A stretch of DNA of 64,000 nucleotides from Vicugna vicugna (Eukaryota). Both the position numbers and the translations under genes were made by a program. Shown piece by piece: positions 54,040 through 64,000 of this stretch. The DNA lies in contig MU058059.1 in the NCBI GenBank assembly GCA_013265495.1, positions 1,711,502 to 1,775,501 on the forward strand, written 5' to 3'. Numbering within the stretch: position 1 is the first letter of the stretch; the number at the start of each line of letters is the position of its first letter. The notes beneath the pieces are model-generated. The model was not told the DNA's origin. It was given only the letters and a program-made list of their open reading frames with translations, and ran no database searches.

Positions 54040-54340
54040 GAAAACTTTAGAGGCTTTTCATAGCCTAGTGGTTAAAGCCCCAAAGCATCTTTCTGTGGCA
54101 TCTGAGGAGTCCTTCCAACTACATCTTCTGTTGCGTCAGTAGCCAAACCAGACTTCTTGTCTGTTCCACCCTGTTCCCTGCATGTCCCTGGCTGTGCAGC
54201 TTTGTCCATGCAAGGCGTAGAGTGCAAGTCATGCCTGCTCCATCTCTGCAGTCAGAATCCTGCATATCCTTCTGTTTGAGGTCTTTCCTGAACTTTAATA
54301 GGAAGTAATTTCTCCTTCCTTGAGTTCCCAAAGTGTTGTC
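54040..54340 (+). mobile_element. L2 fragment
   Basis: tagccaaaccagacttcttg...ctttgtccatgc...atcctgcatatcctt. Confidence 0.55.
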
Positions 54341-54377
54341 TAAAACTCTTAGTACTTACTGGATTCTACTCTCTGTC

Positions 54378-54630
54378 AGCAGTATGGCATGGTGGTTGAG
54401 AGCAGAGGCTCTGGGAGTGGACAGCCTCTGTGCAAATTCAGTCTGTACCCCTTAGTAATGGTATAATCATGGGCATGTGAATTTTCTTCCCCACACCTTG
54501 GTTGTCACATCTGTAAAATGAGGATAGTAGTACCTACCCTGCAGGGTTATCATGAGGCTTGAAATGGTACGATGTGGAGTGCTTAGAATGGTGTCTGGCA
54601 CATGGTGACTGCTAATAATTGTTAGCTGTA
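54378..54630 (+). mobile_element. MIR SINE, near full length
   Basis: gcagtatggcatggtggttgagagc...catctgtaaaatgaggatagtagtacctacc...gtgcttagaatggtgtctggcacat. Confidence 0.88.
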
Positions 54631-55559
54631 TCAGTACATACTCAGTAAATGTGACTTTTACTGAAGAAGCTCAGAACAACTTACGGACATGATTTTTTGA
54701 ATTTTAAAAACATGAATATCAGAGGAAATAGTTAAGAATTTATGTAGACAATTTTGGAGAGGAACAACGTTTTCCCAGAGAGGCATTGTGAGATAGTCTC
54801 CAACTAGAGGCCAGACTCACAGATTTTTTTCTGTCTGCAGTCAAATACAACATTTTCATAAGCACTGTGCATATTCACTGGTATCAAGTAGTGCAGGTAA
54901 CCTGGAGAAATATGGCCTCCATGTTATGAACTGTGTTTATCAACATTGTAATTAAAATATTTAATTGCTCAAAGCCTAATTTTAATTTATGTGCCATGCG
55001 TACTAATTTGCATTTTGCTTTGTGACAAAAGAAATTGTAAAATAGTTTTTACTTTAATTATTCTCTTGGCAAAAAAACATCATGGATGAGCAACATCAGA
55101 AACTCATGGAGAGTAGCAGTCCTTAGCCTGATAAATTCACTCTGACTTTGATATTGAAGCACTACCAAGAATCTTGTGTTGAGCTAGGTACTGTTGAGAT
55201 GTTATGAAGTAAAAAATGAAATTCTGGTACTCGGGTTTATTTGGAGATATAACACATTGTAAATAAAATAATAGTATAAAGCATATTATATGGAAATTCT
55301 ATATTCAAAGATTTACTAAGTCAGTGGTTTAGAAAAGTGGGTTTATATGAGCCTCAACAGGGTAGTTTTTAATTGCTACAAATATATTTCAATTTTTTCC
55401 CAACCTATCACTTCAAATCTCTTCATAGGCTAGAGAATACAAGCCTTGAGGACATCATCAATTAGCTAACAATAATATATTTGTACAAAATATTTCTTCT
55501 TTGAAAATTTGCTGTACACTAAATCATAGCTACAGATACACCTGATGAGGAGGAGGATT

Positions 55560-55745
55560 GTAATAGCGAACACATTATCAACTAAATTCTGATGATACCC
55601 TTACGATATATTATCCCATTTTTTAAGACGAGGGAAAGTTGGGTCTTAGAATGAACTGATAGGTTATTACATCAGTAAGAGGCAAATCTGTGATTCAGTT
55701 CACATCAGTCCAAATGAGAAGCCCTTTTTTTAAACTACTGTGTTA
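55560..55745 (-). mobile_element. MIR SINE (degenerate)
   Basis: attatcccattttttaagacgaggg...cagtaagaggcaaatctgtgattc. Confidence 0.55.
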
Positions 55746-55959
55746 TCTTGTTCTCACTGACAGCCTATTCAAGAGAATCCACGATTTGATCATTATGACC
55801 AAACTTTAGTGTATGTGACTGGAATGGGGACAGAGATGAGTTGGAAAAGTGAGCCAAGGCAGGTTGTAAAAAAAACTTTCATAAAAGCCAGTGAGTTTGG
55901 AACATCCTGCCAACAATTGGGGAAGCTGCACCAATTGATTATTAACAAGAGAATGGCAT

Positions 55960-56490
55960 TATGTAACTTTAGCAATGTAACTCTTGCAAGTGTATATAAA
56001 GGGTATTAAAATAGGATGAGACAAGATATTTGGAGACAGGTTAGGTGGTGCAGTAGCCTAGATATACCGTAAATTTGTACATTGGATATGCAAAAAAATA
56101 AAAAAAGTTGGATTTGAGAGATGTGCCTGAAGTAGGCTCACCTGGGTTTGTGGACTTGTCCAATATGGAGGGCGAAGAAGGGGAGTAAAAAATGACGGGG
56201 TGTGTAATGATGCCGTGCCTGAAGGTGGTAAGGAGTGTTGGGAGGGGGCTGAGTTTTGAACATAATGTGTTTCAGATATGGGAGAACATGCTGAAGACAA
56301 GGTCAGAGCTCAAGAGAGATCAGGCCAAAGATCAGAGCTCAAGAGAGATCAGGCCAAAGATTAGTGAATCTGCAGCCTGTAAGTGTCGCCATAGCAATGG
56401 ATAAAGTTATGGGGAGGGGCAAGGGGTGCTGCAAGTAGAGAGATGCTGAAAGAGGATGAAGGACAAAGCCCAGAAATGTCACCAGTGTTG
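55960..56490 (-). mobile_element. L2 LINE fragment
   Basis: gagttttgaacataatgtgtttcagat...gagctcaagagagatcagg...aggacaaagcccag. Confidence 0.6.
56303..56360 (+). repeat. Perfect 29-bp tandem duplication
   Basis: tcagagctcaagagagatcaggccaaaga at 56303-56331 and again at 56332-56360. Confidence 0.95.
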
Positions 56491-57074
56491 AGGGTAAAAT
56501 CCTTCTCAGCAGTGTGCTTATCTGATGGCTACACCAAGGACTCAGGTTAGATGTAGGTGTTTCCCAAGCCTCAGTCAACCCATGATTCCAAGAATCCCTT
56601 AGGGTGGCTTCCTTAGACAATGGCTAAACCTTTAGCCATTAGTATTGTTCTCAGAGGATTGACTCCAAATTTGGGAAATAGTTTGCTCTCTGTAAATTGA
56701 CTAAGAATTGGTATAGTCTGGAGATGTGCATAACTCACTCATACATTGGTTGTTAGATGTTCTAGCTTTTCTTTAGGAATTTTTAAAATAAAGTTTGCAC
56801 ATTACACTTCTAGTTTTAAAATAAATTAGTGCAGTGGTGGACTCCACATGAGATGACTGACGATCCCCTAATGAGCTCTAGGTTTCTTGTGAAATGTCCT
56901 AGGAATTTTACTGGCAGCTTCCTAGGTCCTAGTAAGAATATTTGATTCTAATGTGCTGAGCTCTTTCAGTAATTAGCAGAAACTTGTCTAAAAATTGGTC
57001 ATATTGTCCATTCATAGACAGCTATTTATCAGTGACCACTGCACAAGAAGTAACAACACTGCAAGTAGCCTGTG

Positions 57075-57260
57075 GGAAAATACCCAAGGCATAGGACTGC
57101 GAGGTTCTACTGCCTGAGTTTGAATCTTAGATCTTCTCTTTACCAGCTGTGGGTCCTCAGGCCAGGGACAACCTCTTTTTAAGCCTTTGTCTCCTTATCT
57201 GTAAAAAGAAATTACAATAGTACCTGTAATATTTTTCACAGAATTGTTGAGGAGTGTTGT
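57075..57260 (+). mobile_element. MIR SINE
   Basis: ctgcctgagtttgaatctt...ttaccagctgtg...tatctgtaaaaag...gttgagga. Confidence 0.75.
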
Positions 57261-60200
57261 ATAAATTACTGAGTATTAATACACACTGACTAGAGTCAAT
57301 TTCTGTCTTTTATTCTATTTTAAATACCTTTGTGAGGAAACATTTTATCTGACTTTCCTGAGTGTTATACAGTTCGAAGGTAGCTGAATAGTGCTGTGAA
57401 AAATAGATTCTTTGATATTAGGAGGTAGTAGATGATCACAGCAGCTCATTCTAACAGGTTTGGAAGACTATGCTTTTTCAGGGTATCCCTCCCTTCCTCT
57501 TGCAGAATCACCACTTCACATCCGCAAGCAGAGCCCTTCCCTAACTCTGCAGCTTAAGCAGAGGTCAGAACACCTGAGGCGATCTGCTGAAATTCTGGTA
57601 TGTTCATTTCCTTTCTTCTTCAGTCTAGGTCTCAAAGAATGCTTGCCTGAGTATCATAGTAGAAATTTTTCCTTTAATGTCCACGACAGAGAATCATGCA
57701 GCCATTAGAGTCCAGCCTTTCAGTAGGCCATTATAAAAACCAAATTTACTTTGGATCCAGGTGTTTTGAAGGGTTCACTGTGTACTGCATATAAACAATC
57801 CTACATGATGTTATATGGAAAATTTCCTCAAATTGCAGTATTAATATAGACGTTGAAGCTCCAAAAAGTAAGCAGAACTGACCTCCTTGGGCTGTTGATC
57901 AGGGTTATGGAATTTACATGATAGAAAATGAGTAATAGTGCTGGCAAACTAGACATTTTCAGGAATCAAAGACAGTTATCACCCTTCCCCGGGCAGGACA
58001 AGAATCTGTACAGACTTGGTTTTCACAAACCAAACACTGTATTTATATTCCAAACTCTCCGTGCTGTTCTTAATCAGAATTCCACAAAGTTTCAGCATGT
58101 GACTCCCCGGGTACAGGTGTACTGTGATCCCCAAACAGCTATATTATGAGCAATATCTGCTCTGGTTCTAGGGCAGAGGTCACATTCATTTGCTCACCAG
58201 TCCTTGTGGAAAGCAGAAATGTTTGCCTGATCTTGTGTAGAATTTTAAACATCGTCCTCATTGTCAGGAAAGTTGTTTAGTTAATGGTGAAAATCCATTT
58301 GTCAAGACTCAAGCAGGCCTCTGACAATTCTTTATTGCTTCACAATTAATCTGGCCAATGTGTGTATTTCTAACAACCCTCTGGCAGAAATGTGGCCATT
58401 CTGCTACAAAAGTACATCAAAGGGAACAGAAAGCCACTGTCAGGGAACTCAAGAGTCCCTAGTGTATGTAAAAGAGATCCTTATGAGCCGGAATTGTTGG
58501 GGGACCTGCAGGGGAATTATGAGGCCTCAGCTGGACATTGGAAAGGAGGGGCGAGCAAGGGTAAGGCCCGGCCTGTGAGCAGTGAATTGGCAGCCATGCA
58601 TCGTGTTGGCAGGTCTAGGCTATGCATTTCACCTCTCAGGCAGGACTGAGGACCTGGAGAGGCAGGTGCTTCCAGGCAGGGCAGACTCTATTTGAGCGTG
58701 GCCTGGACACATGGGGCCTGTCCCAGCTCTAAATCAGAGCTCAGGTAAGATCAAGGTGAAGGCCAAATGGCCAGTAAGAATCCACTTCTCCATTGTTGGC
58801 ACAAGTCAGACATGGGGCTGCTGCTTCTGGATAGAATCTGACCTTACCTGAATATTCACATACAACGTTTAAACAATGGAAGCTGAGAAAAATCAATCAC
58901 TTTTAATGCACGTGAAATTCATAATCACGGAATATAGTTTTCTTTATTTCTGGCAACAAAATTTATATTCTAACTTGACTCCTCCATTTCTGACAGATAG
59001 AAAAAATTAATCTAGTAACAGCCACGGCTGTTCTGCCCCATCCAATTTTGAACTAAGTTGCTTCTGGTTGAAATTCAGGAATATTCAGTATCTTTCTGCC
59101 CTATCCCCTCCTTCCCCTCCCTATGCTTTAAGGAGTGCTGCTGTCAAGCAGTCAGGGACCTGTGTTCTGAACTCAGCCCCCTCTCCTCTCCCCGCCTCTT
59201 CCCAGCTTCTTGAAGCCCAGAGCTGAGTCCCTGACCCCAGTGAAGTTGGATGCAGTGCTTCTGGGATGCGTACATGGATCTGTGGGCATGGCATGGCTCT
59301 TACCTGGCTTCCTGCTTTGAACTACCTTCCAGGCAGCCCCTGCTACCAGGACCCTTATCTCAAGCCTAGAGTGTCTGTTAGACATAGAATTAGTCTCGTC
59401 TTTCTCTCTCTCAGCTAAAATCATCACCCCTCAGGCAAGGTGGGGAACTCCTGCTCCCATCTGCCTTAGCCCAGTGGGCTCATCTATTCCAAATCTCCTT
59501 GCCCTTGTCACATGGAGTGTCTGCAGCTGCCTCCCTTAATAATTAAAGAAGGGAAGCAGGAAGCAAGTGTCTTCCCAGAGCCTCCCAAACTTTGATGGGA
59601 AACCTGTGATGACTGCATTTCCCACCTGATACATCAGGCTTTCTTCTGGGGTTGGGACTCTGCCTCTGATTGCTTGTAGTGCACTTTTTCCTCTGTAAAT
59701 TTTCCCTTTTTCTCAGTATGGAGTGGAGTGGTTTTAAAAAAAAACTTGTTCTGCTAGTTCATATCTCTTTCCAGAACTATTTTTGTCTCTCATTTAAACT
59801 AGAGCCAAGAATTTGGAATCTTTGTTTGCTGTTTTGGGGTTTTTTTTTCTTTTTTTCCTCCTGACAGTTCCTTCTGGGGCAAGTGGTGAGCCAGCTAGCC
59901 CGTGCCTCCTGGAATACGGGCTTGGGGAAGGGATGAGGGTGGTGAAGAGGGGAGGCAGCGGTCAGTGTTACATCATGTCATCCTGGCAAAGGGCAGCCAA
60001 ATCTGACTCATCAGCTAAGGCCCAGACTGGTTTCTCACTTCCTTGAGATTTCAGCCAGTTTGAGCTGCCCCCAACTCTTGGGAAGGACTGCTGTGATGAG
60101 CATTGTCCCCGCTGTTACTGACATACAGCAGGGCCCAGCCCTCCTGGGTTGTGCAATGACACTGTCTTTTAGGGTGAAAGATGCTGATTTTTAGCATATT

Positions 60201-60281
60201 GAAAATCCAAATAAGAGAATGTTCCTTTTTCCACTTTTTAATGTTTTCCTAAGAGCCTTGATTAGAACTCTTATGAGGAAT

Positions 60282-60326
60282 CATGTGTATATGTGTGTAC
60301 ATGTATACATGCATACACACATACAG
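60282..60326. repeat. Alternating purine-pyrimidine (TG/TA/CA) low-complexity tract
   Basis: catgtgtatatgtgtgtacatgtatacatgcatacacacatacag. Confidence 0.8.
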
Positions 60327-61384
60327 TTATAATCCTATGTCTCTAACACACTTCTGGTTAGAATTTTTTTAGGAGCTAGCTGTTAGTCATGGTGCTTACT
60401 GTTTCTAATTTTCTCTGGGTCTGCTTTCTTCCCTAGATCTTGGAAATCGACCAGTGATACCACATTTAAATTTGAAACAAGAGTTGGAGGGCTTTAGGCA
60501 AAGTAAGGGTGGTCTGCTTGCCTGCCCTCAGCCCCAACCTGCCAGTCATGTTTCTCTAAGAGATCCTGGGGGCCACTCTATTCCTAACTCCCTGGGCTGG
60601 TCTCTTAATGGCCTCCCAGCACTTCCTTTATGCCCTTGCCTCAGGCAGGCAGCTTGTTTTTCTTTTCTCTTTAAAGCTGCCCCTACTTCCCAAGCCCCTG
60701 GAGAGTCTTCTCCTCCTAAAGATTGCCTACGGAATCAACAGACTCATGCAGTCGTTTTTCATGTAGCCCTTGTGGACAAGTCCAGACTCTTTCTGTTTTA
60801 AGGGTACTTTTAACCACAGGAAATAGTAAATTGCTAATTTGGTCAAAGTTCCTGTGTTAGCCAGCTCCCAGTGTTGTCCAAACCACTCTCTGTTCTGTGC
60901 TCTGGGCGGCTCTAGGGAGCTCATCAGCAAACGCCCCTTACCCTCTAGGTCCCAACTGCGTCTGGGCAGTGGGAGGCGCAGGAGGGCATCAGAGGATAGG
61001 AAGGGAGTGAGACTGGGATATTTGTTCTCCCTACCTCTCCCTAGGAAGTTCCTCTGTTCAAGATACCCAAGAAAATAGTTCTTAGCTGTTTTCAGGACCC
61101 TGTCCTGCTGTTCCTGCTCCAGCTTCGGAGTTCTTTGGGTCTGGTAACCTCTCCCTCCCTTTGCCCCTTTTGGTCTGGGGCTAGTGATGGCTCATCCTCC
61201 CACTTTCCAGCCTGAAAGTCCTTAACTTTCTTTTGCTGGCATCCCCTAATGCTACTCACATCTTAGTAGGCTCCTCAATTAAGCTGTTGGATTTTGCTCT
61301 CTCCTTCCTCCCAGGACCCCAGCTGAATCAATGAGTTACAGACACTCAGGGCACAGGTCCTGGAGTTGCCTTGCTACTTGAGGT

Positions 61385-61533
61385 GTGTCTAAACTGTGGG
61401 CCAGCTCCATTCGTAACCCGTGGGAGCTTTGAGAAATTCAGACTCTTGAGTGCTGACTCAGACTTTTTGAATCAGAAGCTTCATTTTAACAATGGTTTAT
61501 ATGCACCTTAAAGATTACGAAGCCTTACTCTAG
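61385..61533. mobile_element. MER5A-type hAT-Charlie element
   Basis: gggagctttgagaaattcagactctt...tgaatcagaagcttcattttaacaa...tatgcaccttaaag. Confidence 0.7.
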
Positions 61534-61699
61534 AGGTAAGCATTCCTTCTTGGGAAGGAAGTGGCCGGGAGCCCTGTTGGATGTAAGCTTGCTACTCTGA
61601 GTGCCATCTCCTTTGTTTCTGGGGACAGCCTGCAAGGCCTCTTCCTCCTCCTGCCCCATTTCCAGCCTCCGCACTCCCCATCCCTCATTCCTTCTTCTT

Positions 61700-61820
61700 T
61701 GTTTATGTAATAGGTACTGAACCCATTCCCAACTCCAGGTACTGTCTAGGTGTTAGGAATCCAAAGGAGAATAAGATGATACATCCCTGCTCCCAGCTGG
61801 ATGCAGGGAAGGAGTGAAGA
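61700..61820 (-). mobile_element. L2 3' end
   Basis: ccaggtactgtctaggtgttagg...aataagatgatacatccctgctc. Confidence 0.6.
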
Positions 61821-63379
61821 CTTGTTCGCGGTCAGTGTCACGACCACAGGAGGTCCATGCTGTACCAGACCGAACACAGTGAGGTGGAAACCAAGGCCAG
61901 AGTATCAAAATTCGAGTTACTTTACTTGATAAATGTGAGGAAGTCCCCCTGTACAATCCTGTGAAAAGCTTTGTGTTTTCTAATTTTAGTCGCATTTGAA
62001 AATCTTGAGTAAAGATACCTGATTGTAATCCCCCTCCTCAGACTTCACCCTCATGTCCCATTTGACAAATAGCAGAACCTCTCTCAGGGACAGGCAGCAA
62101 TCTGTGGAGTCAGGGTTGTCTGCTGAGCAGCAAATGCCGATGAGCGGCCAGGGCCCTGAAGACATGAAGGAGCTGATTTTTTTTCCAAAAGGAAATTCAC
62201 AGGGGAAAAACCAACTGATGTATCTCATAAACGGTCTTTGGAATTAATTTCAATGCTTGTTAAAGAATCTAAATCTCCCTTTGATAAGATTCTCGCAGGA
62301 GTTCCTAATTAGGCCCCCATCTTTTGTCACCTGTAAGCAACTCTCCTATTCAAGACTCTGCATATAAATAAAAGAACACAGATTCCAAATTATCCAAGCA
62401 AAATTGGGGAACAATTTTTAAACCATTATGAATTTTTAAAAATATTGGCTTTAGGGCTATGAATATTGATCTAACCGTTCACTCAGTCATTCAAGAGGAC
62501 CAGGTGTGTCACTCAGAAAGTACTCATTACCTGCAGTTTTGCTTCCTCTTCCTGGCACTAGAACTGAGTGATGGAGAAAAGGTGTCTTTATCATTCTGGA
62601 TTCTTGAGCCTCAATTCCCCCTTCTTTGGCCCAGATGATACCTCAGACCAGTGGGTGTTGCTCCCTCCTTTCTGCCTGCCCTGCATGCAAGCAGCTGGAA
62701 CTTGGATTAACTTGTAGGAATTGATGTCCTAATTGTGACTCTGTTACTCTTACCCACCCCAACCCCAGTGTGTCATAGTCCTTACCGTATGTCCCCACCT
62801 TGTCCTCTGTGACCTTCCCTCCACATGCCCACCAGGATGCTGCCTTAGGGTAGCTGACCTCATTCTTCAAAACCATTATTCTAGAGTTCCTGAAAAATAA
62901 TGTAAGATGGTGGCATTTAAAGTTTGCTTAAAAGGATTAAAATAAATTCTCCCCACAGCTAGGGCCACCATTCAAAGTTATTAAAAATTTGCTATTGGAA
63001 AATAAGTCCCTAAAATAGCAATTTTTCTTTTTAGACCTCAGTTTCTTAGCATAAAATTTTTTATTCCCCAGTTTTTTTTGCCTTTGGCCTAAAAATATCA
63101 AAATAGGATGTTGAAATATGTGATCATTTATTCAGATTTGAATTTTATATTGAAAATGTATTTTGAAAATAGAAGAAAATCAACTAAAAAAAAATCAGCA
63201 TTCCTTGACTGAAGAAATGTGTTTAAGCTACATTGTTATAATTTACCTTCCTTTGATTCTAAGAGTATATCATTTGCTGTCACTTTTTAGGAACCAAGTT
63301 AACGATGAAAATAATTATGAAGATACTCATTTTCTTCTAGGGATTCAATCTACAGCTGGGGAAAACTGTTTTCATGTAG

Positions 63380-63500
63380 ATGACTGATTCTTAACAGTGG
63401 GAGCTTTTAAAGAAGACCGACCACTGGGCCCCATCCCTTACATTCCGACTCAGTTCATCTGGATGTGGTCCGGGCTTTAAGATTTTAAAAGCTGGGATGT
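63380..63500. mobile_element. MER5-type hAT element fragment
   Basis: gggagcttttaaag...ctgggccccatccc...ctcagttcatctggatgtggtcc...ttttaaaagct. Confidence 0.6.
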
Positions 63501-63914
63501 GCAGACAAAGCAATGGTACCTTGAATATTAATTTGGTATCTTGGCCTTCTGTGGGTGTTCCCTTGGGTGTTTTATTTTACCGCTCAAAAACGCAGGTTTA
63601 ATTTGAAGTGTTAAACACATCTCTCAAAGACTTCTCTATTATAAATACATAGACACAAGGTTTTTTTAATGTAAAAGTTTAATTCATCTTTTCTAACACT
63701 CTCCAACAGTTATCAATCACTGCATAATCCAGCTGCCATTTTCTCTTAAATAACTTGACTTGACCAACTTAACTAACTTCATGTTCTTCTTTGGCATATT
63801 CTGGTTCTTCTTGCCTTTTGTCTTGTCAGAAACTTGGCTTCAGCTCCTCCAAGCCAGCTGGGTCTCGAGGTGCTTGATGCTTTTCTTCCTGCAGCTTTTG
63901 GCTGCATACGTTAA

Positions 63915-64000
63915 TTTGGTCATTCATCAAATGCTTTCTGAGTGCTTGTTGTGTGCAGACTTGGTATCAGGGCTCAGGATGCAAAGATGACTAAGACACA
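63915..64000 (-). mobile_element. L2 3' end (truncated by window edge)
   Basis: cattcatcaaatgctttctgagtgcttg...ggatgcaaagatgactaagacaca. Confidence 0.65.

Larger units (their letters stand above)
13397..64000 (+). other. ARHGAP28: ARHGAP28 intron 1 (continues past the window end)
   Basis: Starts with GT at 13397. I found no sequence encoding the expected continuation (KSIPRCRRINRMLSNES...) downstream. Repeat-rich, AT-rich non-coding sequence. Confidence 0.8.

Noticed and set aside
1..64000. CRISPR array, operon, tRNA/rRNA or a novel multi-gene system
   Set aside because: Eukaryotic intronic and intergenic DNA. I saw no regularly spaced repeats, structured RNA genes or additional genes.

Overview
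Mammalian genomic DNA, not prokaryotic, so nearly all entries in the ORF track are chance ORFs. The window holds about 13 kb of upstream sequence, the CpG-island promoter and first coding exon of ARHGAP28 (Rho GTPase-activating protein 28, + strand; ATG 13275, donor after 13396), and about 50.6 kb of its long first intron. I did not find exon 2 in the window. The rest is unique non-coding DNA plus mostly ancient repeats (MIR, L2, CR1/L3, old L1, MaLR/ERVL LTRs, MER5/MER58/MER94/MER103/MER46-type DNA transposons). There is one young L1 3' end that looks camelid-type, and I saw no Alu, B1/B2, Bov-tA, PRE or Can-SINE, which suggests a camel or alpaca. I found no new protein-coding system. The best leads are regulatory: an upstream-ATG/uORF arrangement at the start codon, a candidate alternative first exon (~48.5-48.8 kb), a recursive-splice/poison-exon-like site (~36.7 kb), an RFX X-box in the promoter, an AP-1 cluster, and an odd double-tailed L1 end. 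Repeat names come from my recall of consensus sequences and their boundaries are approximate.
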